Both the position numbers and the translations under genes were made by a program. From the NCBI GenBank assembly GCA_965649295.1, contig CBFGKH010000010.1, positions 32,716 through 96,715 on the forward strand: 64,000 nucleotides of DNA, in the 5' to 3' direction. Shown here one piece after another: positions 9,351 to 17,194 of the stretch (position 1 is its first letter; each line of letters begins with the position of its first letter). The notes under the pieces are model-generated. The model searched no databases. It was not told where the DNA came from and saw only the letters and a list, made by a program, of their open reading frames with translations. The stretch is from a candidate division WOR-3 bacterium. Lineage in GTDB: Bacteria; Hydrothermota; Tepidihabitantia; Tepidihabitantales; Tepidihabitantaceae.

Positions 9351-10276
9351 AGTCCTACCCATGCCAAACCAACTGCAACTACTCCTAACAGGCCGAGTCC
9401 AAGCCAGAAAAACCTCAGCGCGTGATCAATCTTGAACCGAGGATTGGTGTTCTTTAACAGAATCATTAGCACGACAACAGCAAGCACCTTGGGAATTGCC
9501 CACCAACTTGCAAGACCGCCCCACAGCAATGTTACCAGGAAGACCGGCAGTAGTAAGAACATCATCGCCTTTGTTAGTCGGAAGACGGCTAGCGGCGCTC
9601 CCGAGTACTCAACCATCACGCCGGTCATGATCTCCTGCTCCGCCTCGGCGATATCAAACGGAACGTAGCCAAGTTTGGCCTGGAAGCAGATTAGCACGAT
9701 TATAGTGGCGAGCAGACCGGAAATGGAGTACAGGAAAGGTCCAGCATCCATCTGCAGCAGCACAAGCTCGCCGAGCTTTATTGCACCGCCACTCTTGATA
9801 ATCGGCACCGCCAAGGCTAGCAAAAATGGTAGTTCGTAACCCAAGTACAGTGTCATTTCGCGAGAAGCACCAACCGCACCAATCGGATTGCGTGATGCTG
9901 AGGCCCCTATGATTGTCGCGAGCGGCGGCAGCGCGAGCAGGTAAACAAGCACCAGCACGTCGCCAACGAACGACCGGTTAGGAACAAAACTTGCCGCGAA
10001 AAGCATCACTGCAATAACGCACATTGCTGCCAAACCAAGCAGTGGTGCAAACAGAAAAGTAGTTCGGGCAGCCCCAGTTGGTACAATCGTTTCCTTGACA
10101 AGGAGCTTCAGCATGTCCGCAAAAGGCTGGTAGAAAGGCGGTCCCTGCCGCCACTGGACACGCGCCGAGACGAATCGGTCCACCCAAGTGAGCACAAGCC
10201 CAAGTGTAGCCGTGAACACAAAACCAGGAAAGACGAGAAAGGCGAAAACCAATCCCCAACCGGCAAGCCAGTTCAC
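9347..10276 (-). CDS. NuoH/MbhM-like membrane subunit
   Basis: ARVQWRQGPPFYQPFADMLKL, PFDIAEAEQE, NPRFKID. Confidence 0.92.
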   Translation of the reverse strand: MNWLAGWGLVFAFLVFPGFVFTATLGLVLTWVDRFVSARVQWRQGPPFYQPFADMLKLLVKETIVPTGAARTTFLFAPLLGLAAMCVIAVMLFAASFVPNRSFVGDVLVLVYLLALPPLATIIGASASRNPIGAVGASREMTLYLGYELPFLLALAVPIIKSGGAIKLGELVLLQMDAGPFLYSISGLLATIIVLICFQAKLGYVPFDIAEAEQEIMTGVMVEYSGAPLAVFRLTKAMMFLLLPVFLVTLLWGGLASWWAIPKVLAVVVLMILLKNTNPRFKIDHALRFFWLGLGLLGVVAVGLAWVGL

Positions 10277-10740
10277 TGGCGCCTCCCGTGCGGGGAACGA
10301 GCAACAAAGCCAACCCCAACCCTGACCTCATCGGCCGGTTCTGCCTCGACAAACTGCAACGCTCCGGTGGGACAAGTAGTGGCGCAGCGCGGGCCTTCCG
10401 GACGATCACCACAAAGGCTGCACTTTTGGCTCACGCGCCGTAACAGTGTTGTCTCAATGGCACCGAATGGACAGGCAAGCGCACATGAACGGCAGCCGAT
10501 GCAATGGAAGCTTGAACGCAAAACAAGACCACTCTCTGGATCGCGCCTGATCGCCCCAGAAGGACAAGCCGCAAGACAAAGTGGTTCCTGACAATGACGG
10601 CAAGACATCGGCAGCAACACGGCTGAGGCAACTTCGGCGTGTCGAACCCGAGCTTCCCCCTTGAAGCGACTGCGACAAGCTGCTTCGCAAGCTCGACAGC
10701 CGATGCAGTAGTCCAGCCTCAGTTGAAGCCTTCTCGCCAT
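10273..10740 (-). CDS. 4x[4Fe-4S] electron-transfer protein (FdhB/HydN/CooF-like)
   Basis: CIGCRACEAAC, CRHCQEPLCLAACP, CIGCRSCALACP, KCSLC..CATTCP. Confidence 0.9.
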   Translation of the reverse strand: MARRLQLRLDYCIGCRACEAACRSRFKGEARVRHAEVASAVLLPMSCRHCQEPLCLAACPSGAIRRDPESGLVLRSSFHCIGCRSCALACPFGAIETTLLRRVSQKCSLCGDRPEGPRCATTCPTGALQFVEAEPADEVRVGVGFVARSPHGRRQ

Positions 10741-12350
10741 CAGTAAGCTGCCTCCAGTGGGTAGCGACGGGAAGATGTTGTCGGCCGAATTTCTACTGCG
10801 GCTGGAGGTATTGCTGGAGATCCAGCCGCATCAGCAACAATTCCGAACAACGCTCGGTTCTCACGTGCGTTGACACCGACTACTGCCGTACCGGCTGGTA
10901 CGGCCGGCGTGCGCCGTAGCCGCAGCGTTCGCTCACTTGTACTAGTTCTGAGAACAACCTCATCAACGGTCTGCCCCAACTCATTGTCGGGACCCACCGT
11001 AACGTCTTGTTCGTCAACGTAAAGACCACCAAGACCGATGGCCCGCTTCTCACCAACGAGCCGCAGTGAAGAAGGATTCTGCCAGCGCGCCAGTTCAGTT
11101 TGAGCTAGGTCGGCAATAGCTTCGACTCCGGCTGGAGGGACCGTTGACTCGCCCAGCGGAGCGATGGGGGCGAACTCTTCTAGAATCTGGCCCACCCGAC
11201 GACTACCACTAAACGGTGCAGCCAGTGGCCATCGTCGCACCGCTCCCCAATAGCCAACTCCGGTTGATTCCTTTTCCAGCTCACTCGGAACCGGTAGAAC
11301 TAATCCACGTAATGGCCGGATCGGTCGGAAAATGCTAGTAACCACGATATGCTCAATCTGAGCAGTCTCTGGAAAAAGCTCGGGATAGCTCAAGGGATGG
11401 AGCGAGCCAAACCAGAACAGCGTTCGCAACGTATTGCTGGCCGCTGCCTGACGCAACTGCTCAAACGTATTCGGCCCCAGCCGCACGCGTCCTTCTGCAA
11501 AACCGGTAAACGTTGCTTTCGCCTGCACAGCCAAAAGCTGAGAAGCGTAGCTGTGCAAAGTTGGAAGAGCGGTTCTACCGAGACCGGCAGCACTACCGAC
11601 AAAGGCCAATCCGGTCTTCAGCATGTTTGCCGCCGCCTGTAGTTGTCCAAGTTCGACACCGGCAGCCGCGGCAAGTTGTTCAGCCCCAAGACCGATCTTT
11701 GCACCCAACAGAGCAGCGATTCCGAGCAAAGCAAACGGTTCAGCCCCGGGCCGAACTAGAATACTCAAGTGAGCAAGAGTATCCTGGGCTGTTCGCAGCG
11801 AGTCGATAACGATCAAGCGGTTTTGGCGATTAGCGTAGCGCCATTCCACAATCATTCCGCCGGCAACTGGCGACGTCGCAAAAACGTCGCCAACCAGCAA
11901 AATCGTCTTGGCGCCGCGAACATCGTCCAGACCAGCCTCGCGCACTCCAGCAACTTTCTGGCCGAACAGGTTGCCAGGTTCGATATAGCCACACACAAGC
12001 AGCTGCGCCCTGACAGCTCGAGCGAATCCCCAAACCAAGTCAAGCTCGTCGCCAGTTAGCCCACGGCTGTAGGCAACGGCAAGACGGCCGTCCTGACCAG
12101 CAGCCAAAGCCCTACGACAGTACTCCAACGCCTGCCCCCAGCTCACTTCCCGACCATCGAGCAATGGATAGCCGAGTCTTCGCGGATGGTCGAGCACAAT
12201 GCTGGCACTGTTCCCACGCGGACACAGCCGACCGCGATTGACCACCGCGTCAGACGGATACTCCATTCGGTACTGATAGCCATCGAAAACAACCTCGGAC
12301 TCGCACCCGTTCAAACAAAACGGGCAGGTAGTCCTGTTCCGCGTCAGCAT
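10740..12350 (-). CDS. Divergent molybdopterin-oxidoreductase/NuoG-like protein with N-terminal [4Fe-4S] site
   Basis: TTCPFCLNGC...VNRGRLCPRG, VSWGQAL, LIVID, VRPGAE, VLP..ELEKE; start MLTRN overlaps upstream stop. Confidence 0.75.
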   Translation of the reverse strand: MLTRNRTTCPFCLNGCESEVVFDGYQYRMEYPSDAVVNRGRLCPRGNSASIVLDHPRRLGYPLLDGREVSWGQALEYCRRALAAGQDGRLAVAYSRGLTGDELDLVWGFARAVRAQLLVCGYIEPGNLFGQKVAGVREAGLDDVRGAKTILLVGDVFATSPVAGGMIVEWRYANRQNRLIVIDSLRTAQDTLAHLSILVRPGAEPFALLGIAALLGAKIGLGAEQLAAAAGVELGQLQAAANMLKTGLAFVGSAAGLGRTALPTLHSYASQLLAVQAKATFTGFAEGRVRLGPNTFEQLRQAAASNTLRTLFWFGSLHPLSYPELFPETAQIEHIVVTSIFRPIRPLRGLVLPVPSELEKESTGVGYWGAVRRWPLAAPFSGSRRVGQILEEFAPIAPLGESTVPPAGVEAIADLAQTELARWQNPSSLRLVGEKRAIGLGGLYVDEQDVTVGPDNELGQTVDEVVLRTSTSERTLRLRRTPAVPAGTAVVGVNARENRALFGIVADAAGSPAIPPAAVEIRPTTSSRRYPLEAAY

Positions 12351-13162
12351 CACCAGGGATCCTCGATATCCTTGACCTGTTCCCACGTGAGAACTGGGCC
12401 ATCCTTGCAGGCGAGATAAGGACCCACACGACAATGACGGCACTGACCAACACCACAAGACATGTTCTTTTCCATTGAAAGATAGATGTTGTTACCGGCG
12501 AAACCAGCCTCAACCAAGCGCATAGTAACGAACTTCATCATAATCGGTGGCCCACAAACGACTGCCACGGCCGTCTTCGTGTCGCAAGGGACTTCATCCA
12601 TGAGACAGGTAACCACACCTACCTTGCGCATCCAGCGTTCGTCGCGTACGTCGACCGATAGGTCGATATCAACCTTGGGTAGCTTCTCCCACTCCTTCAA
12701 CTGTGTCTTATACACGATATCATCAGGTGTCCGAGCTCCGTACCGAAGGTAGATCCGTTTGTACTTATCAATCTCGTGAACCAGGGCAAGAAAAAGCGCC
12801 CGCAATGGGGCCAGTCCAACACCGCCCCCGACAATATAGACCTCACGGCCCTCGAACTTCTCAAGTGGATAGCGCTTTCCATAAGGACCGCGTACGCCAA
12901 CTTGAGCACCTGGCCCCAACTCAAACAACGCACCTGTCGCCCTACCGACCTTCATAATCGTCATCTCAAAGGTATCGCGGACAAAGTGCGATGACGACGG
13001 TGTGAACGGTGCTTCGCCGAAGCCGGGAATGGTGAGTTCAACGAATTGACCGGCAAGGAATGGTATTTCCTTCTCCGGCTTCAGGACAAAAGTTCGGATG
13101 TTTGGCGTTTCCTGTACCACGCTCAAAATAGTCGCTGGCACTGGTTGGTAAGGATTGATCAT
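12350..13162 (-). CDS. FAD/NAD(P)-binding [2Fe-2S] oxidoreductase (sulfhydrogenase gamma HydG/AsrB-like)
   Basis: RGPYG, GGGVGLAPLR, VCGPPIMM, MSCGVGQCRHC..CKDGPV. Confidence 0.92.
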   Translation of the reverse strand: MINPYQPVPATILSVVQETPNIRTFVLKPEKEIPFLAGQFVELTIPGFGEAPFTPSSSHFVRDTFEMTIMKVGRATGALFELGPGAQVGVRGPYGKRYPLEKFEGREVYIVGGGVGLAPLRALFLALVHEIDKYKRIYLRYGARTPDDIVYKTQLKEWEKLPKVDIDLSVDVRDERWMRKVGVVTCLMDEVPCDTKTAVAVVCGPPIMMKFVTMRLVEAGFAGNNIYLSMEKNMSCGVGQCRHCRVGPYLACKDGPVLTWEQVKDIEDPW

Positions 13163-14184
13163 ACCTCTGCCAACACCTTCCGAATATCAATACCGCCCAT
13201 GCAAGCCCGGAAACACCGTCCACAACCAGAACAGGCATAGAAGCCGTGGTCGTTCTTGAACTGATTCCACTTGCAGTCGAAGCGATTGGCGAAACGTTTA
13301 AGGAACTTACCCCGGTCGTTAGCGCCACCACCAACTCGGGCATAAGCCGCCTCATAGCATGCATCCCAGACCCTGATGCGCTCAAAGCCTGAATCGCTGG
13401 CTCGATCATAGAGCAAGAAACAGTAGCAGGTCGGACAGCCAAAAAGGCAGCCGTAGCACTCAACGCAGTGCTGGGCATGTCGTTCCCAAAAAGCGGCGTC
13501 AAGGAGACGCTTCTCTATCGCTCGCGACAAATCGCTGTTCCAGGGCTGGGGATTGATCTGTTGCAGTTGTTGCTCAGCGCGCCGGCGCTGTTCAGCGCGT
13601 TGTTCTAATTCAGCTTCGGTCGCCGGACGGAACAAACCCGGAGCTACCTTCACGAGTCGCTCTCCCACCTCGGTCAATGTCTCAATCAACAACCGGTCTA
13701 CCAACGCAGTAACGACAGCATCAGCGCCTTCGGTCGAGTAGGGCTTATTGCCAAGAAGATTACAAAAACAACTGGGCTCGGGTTTCGGACAATCGGCGAC
13801 GACCTTCACTGTTCCCGCAATTCGAGCCAAGTAGAACGGATCCGCATACTCGCCCTGACCAAGTATCCGTTCATGCACGCGGAGCGGCACAAGGTCGCAG
13901 TTCTTCATGCCAAAAACAACCTGATGCGCGGCAACCGGCTCTGGCGCCTTTGGCATCCCAGCCACAACTGCACGCGGGCTGAAGAGAAACGACTTTACTG
14001 GTTCGGCAGCCCGAATACCGCCAAGGGCCCGAAGCAACTCAGTGCCGTCAACAATCGCTCCGGCGGTATACCTCTGCCAGTGAACTTGAGAATCAACTAT
14101 CGTGGGGACGTATACCGTAGCGCCGTCAAGCAGGCTCGCAAGCCACGTTTCCATCTTGGAAGCTTCGATTGCGAACCTGCTCAC
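13159..14184 (-). CDS. [4Fe-4S] protein, sulfhydrogenase beta (HydB/AsrA-like)
   Basis: CVECYGCLFGCPTCYCF, RVWDAC, CSGCGRCFRAC; GTG start inferred from promoter. Confidence 0.88.
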   Translation of the reverse strand: MSRFAIEASKMETWLASLLDGATVYVPTIVDSQVHWQRYTAGAIVDGTELLRALGGIRAAEPVKSFLFSPRAVVAGMPKAPEPVAAHQVVFGMKNCDLVPLRVHERILGQGEYADPFYLARIAGTVKVVADCPKPEPSCFCNLLGNKPYSTEGADAVVTALVDRLLIETLTEVGERLVKVAPGLFRPATEAELEQRAEQRRRAEQQLQQINPQPWNSDLSRAIEKRLLDAAFWERHAQHCVECYGCLFGCPTCYCFLLYDRASDSGFERIRVWDACYEAAYARVGGGANDRGKFLKRFANRFDCKWNQFKNDHGFYACSGCGRCFRACMGGIDIRKVLAEV

Positions 14185-14192
14185 GGATAGCA

Positions 14193-14220
14193 AAAATAGA
14201 GACCCTTCTTCATTTGTCAA
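14193..14220 (-). promoter_or_regulatory. sigma70-like promoter of hydrogenase operon
   Basis: TTGACA-N16-TATTTT, 8 nt before GTG at 14184. Confidence 0.6.
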
Positions 14221-14392
14221 GTTCGACTTTGCGTTTTGTTAGTGCCGCTGAGAACTCACCATCCGAATCTTCGGTCGCCGTTCTGAGAGACAACGCTGTG
14301 AACGGATCGATGATCGTGGCAATAGCTCCCCAGCTTGTCCCTCGCCACAATCGACATGCCGATGGCTTGGTTCGATGAACGACCACTGGCTC

Positions 14393-14420
14393 TTGACCCG
14401 CCGAGTTGTTGGCCTAGAAT
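14393..14420 (+). promoter_or_regulatory. sigma70-like promoter
   Basis: TTGACC-N16-TAGAAT, 9 nt before ATG 14430. Confidence 0.7.
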
Positions 14421-14429
14421 CCTGCGCCA

Positions 14430-15272
14430 ATGAGATTCGGCAGCTTTGAACTGATCTCCCTGAATGATGGCTTCTTTGGTCTTGATGGTGGCGCGATGTT
14501 CGGGGTAGTACCTAGACCGATCTGGCAGAAGCTCAGCCCGCCCGATGAACTCAACCGCATCCGTCTCGCCCTACGTCCACTGTTGGTAGTCACAACAACT
14601 GAACGCATCCTTATCGAAACTGGAATCGGCGACAAGGGTGACTCTAAGTTCAATGACATCTACCGAATCGAGAAGCCAGACAATCTGAAGGCTTCGCTAG
14701 CCCGCGCTGGTTTTGCTCCAGCCGATATCACCAAGGTTGTACTGACCCATTTGCACTTCGACCATTGTGGTGGATCAACCGAACGCGACACGTCGGGCAA
14801 TCTGCGGCCAACATTCCCCAAGGCCCGCTACTATGTTCACCAAGCTGAGTGGGAACTGGCATTGAACCCAAATCGCCGCTCGCGCGCAGCCTATCTGCCG
14901 GAAAACTTCTTGCCGCTGCGGGAGCATGGGCAACTGGAGTTAGTGACTGGCGACCGCGAACTTGTTCCGGGCATCGAACTGGTCCGCGTCGGCGGTCACA
15001 CCCCCGGTATGATGCTCCCTTTCATCCGTACCAGTGGCAGCACCGCCTTGTACTGGTCTGACTTGCTACCCACAAAGGCGCATGTTGCCACACCTTACAT
15101 AATGGGGTATGATTTGTTACCGCTCGAGACAATGGAACAGAAAGAACGCTTGGTCGAAAGGGCAGTTACCGAACAATGGCTCTGCTTCCCAGGTCATGAT
15201 ACCGAATTTGCCTGCGGTAGGCTGGGCATCACTGACGGCAGGCCCGCGCTGGTTCCGTTGACCGAGCACTAA
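14430..15272 (+). CDS. MBL-fold metallo-hydrolase (YtnP-like)
   Basis: LDGGAMFGVVP, THLHFDHCGG, GGHTPG, MGYDL. Confidence 0.9.
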   Translation: MRFGSFELISLNDGFFGLDGGAMFGVVPRPIWQKLSPPDELNRIRLALRPLLVVTTTERILIETGIGDKGDSKFNDIYRIEKPDNLKASLARAGFAPADITKVVLTHLHFDHCGGSTERDTSGNLRPTFPKARYYVHQAEWELALNPNRRSRAAYLPENFLPLREHGQLELVTGDRELVPGIELVRVGGHTPGMMLPFIRTSGSTALYWSDLLPTKAHVATPYIMGYDLLPLETMEQKERLVERAVTEQWLCFPGHDTEFACGRLGITDGRPALVPLTEH

Positions 15273-15307
15273 GTGTCTGAAGGGATGCTATTTGATTGGA
15301 GGAGCTG

Positions 15308-17182
15308 ATGGTCAAAACCGACTGGCGTGACAAGTATAAGGCCAAGATCAAAACCGCCACCCAAGCCCTGGATGTGCTCCGACCGGGGCACCGACTATTC
15401 ATTGGCTCAGCCTGCGGCACACCGCAGAAACTTGTCCAGGCTCTTGCCGACTGCCCGACCGAGGATGTCGAGATAACCCATCTGCTTACGCTCGGCGTCG
15501 CCCCCTATGCCCAGGAGAAACTCGCCAGTCGCTATCGCGCAAATGCCTTCTTCATCAGCGCCAATGTCCGGCCTGCTGTTTGGGAGGGTCGTGCCGACTA
15601 CACGCCCATCTTCCTGTCGGAAATCCCGGCACTGTTCAAGAGCGGCAGGCTACCCATTGACGTTGCACTGATTCATGTGACTCCTCCCGATGAGCACGGA
15701 TTTTGCAGCTATGGGGTGTCGGTTGACATAACTAAACCAGCTGCCGAGTCAGCTCGCTACGTCATTGCTGAAGTGAATCCGCAGATGCCACGCACGCTTG
15801 GCAACAGCTTCATTCATATCGATGAAATAGACTGCCTGGTCGAGAACGACGCACCACTCTACGAGTTCATAACGCCGGGCGAGAGCGAGGTCGCTCGCCG
15901 GATTGCCAAGAACGTGGCCGACCTGATCGAAGATGGTTCAACTATCCAGGTTGGCTACGGCGGCATTCCGAATGCGTTGCTGTCCTATCTCAAGGACAAG
16001 CGTGACCTTGGTGTCCACACCGAGGTGTTTTCAGATTCGGTAATTGACCTGATCGAGGCCGGTGTTATCAACAACCGCCGCAAGACGCTCCATCCGGGCA
16101 AAGTGGTCGCATCGTTCGCCATGGGCAGCCAGCGACTGTTCGACTACATCGACAATAACCCAATGTTTGAGTTCCATCCGGTCGACTACACGAACGACCC
16201 CTTTATCATTAGCCAGAACGACAAGATGGTCTCGATCAATTCAGCACTCGAAGTGGACCTTACCGGGCAAGTCTGTGCTGATTCAATCGGTTACCACTTC
16301 TATTCCGGTATCGGCGGACAAGTTGACTTTGTACGCGGTGCAGCTCGCGCTCACGACGGCAAGGCAATTATCGTTCTCCGCTCAACCCGCGATAACGACC
16401 GCTATTCCCGAATCGTACCAACTCTTACTGAAGGTGCTGGAGTCGTAACCTCCCGCGGCGACGTCCACTATGTCGTTACCGAATGGGGTGTTGCCTATCT
16501 CCACGGCAAGTCAATCCGTGAAAGGGCGCTTGCCCTAATCTCAATCGCCCATCCCAAGTTCCGGGCCGAGCTGTTCAAGCTGGCCAAGGACAAACACTAC
16601 ATCTACGCCGACCAACCCGAACTACCCCTGGTTCATGCTCGCTATCCAGAAGAATTCGAAGCTCCCGCAACAATGAAGGACGGCACGCCAATCTTCCTCC
16701 GGCCGATCAAGCCGACCGACGAACCAGCGATGCGTGAACTATTCTACTCCTTTTCCAAAGACACTGTCTTCTACCGGTTCTTCAGCTATCTCAAAGCGAT
16801 GCCCCACGAGAAACTATCCAAGTTCGTCAACGTTGACTACGAATCGGAAATGGCGATTGTCGCCGTCCTCAAACAAGCTGGTGAGGAACACATCATCGGC
16901 TCGGCACGGTACTATGTTGACCGCGCCACTGGCCTAGCCGAATACGCGATCGAGGTGCGGGACGATTTCCAGAACAAAGGCGTCGGCAACGCGCTCTTTA
17001 GCCATCTCATCCGCATCGCCAAGATGAAAGGCATCAAGGGTTTTGTCGGCTACGTTCTCGACTCCAATACTCGTGCCTACCGCCTGATGACTCGCACCGG
17101 CTACCCGATCGAAACAAAGTGGGAAGACGGCGTTTACACGTTGACGATGCGCTGGTCAGACCAGACAACCAAATCCAAGTAA
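15308..17182 (+). CDS. Acetyl-CoA hydrolase/CoA-transferase fused to C-terminal GNAT domain
   Basis: DLGVHTE, SGIGGQVDFVRGA, YVVTEWG; C-terminal LRPIKPTD..AEYAIEVRDDFQNKGVG; ATG after GGAGGAG. Confidence 0.9.
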   Translation: MVKTDWRDKYKAKIKTATQALDVLRPGHRLFIGSACGTPQKLVQALADCPTEDVEITHLLTLGVAPYAQEKLASRYRANAFFISANVRPAVWEGRADYTPIFLSEIPALFKSGRLPIDVALIHVTPPDEHGFCSYGVSVDITKPAAESARYVIAEVNPQMPRTLGNSFIHIDEIDCLVENDAPLYEFITPGESEVARRIAKNVADLIEDGSTIQVGYGGIPNALLSYLKDKRDLGVHTEVFSDSVIDLIEAGVINNRRKTLHPGKVVASFAMGSQRLFDYIDNNPMFEFHPVDYTNDPFIISQNDKMVSINSALEVDLTGQVCADSIGYHFYSGIGGQVDFVRGAARAHDGKAIIVLRSTRDNDRYSRIVPTLTEGAGVVTSRGDVHYVVTEWGVAYLHGKSIRERALALISIAHPKFRAELFKLAKDKHYIYADQPELPLVHARYPEEFEAPATMKDGTPIFLRPIKPTDEPAMRELFYSFSKDTVFYRFFSYLKAMPHEKLSKFVNVDYESEMAIVAVLKQAGEEHIIGSARYYVDRATGLAEYAIEVRDDFQNKGVGNALFSHLIRIAKMKGIKGFVGYVLDSNTRAYRLMTRTGYPIETKWEDGVYTLTMRWSDQTTKSK

Positions 17183-17194
17183 GGGCGTCGCACT

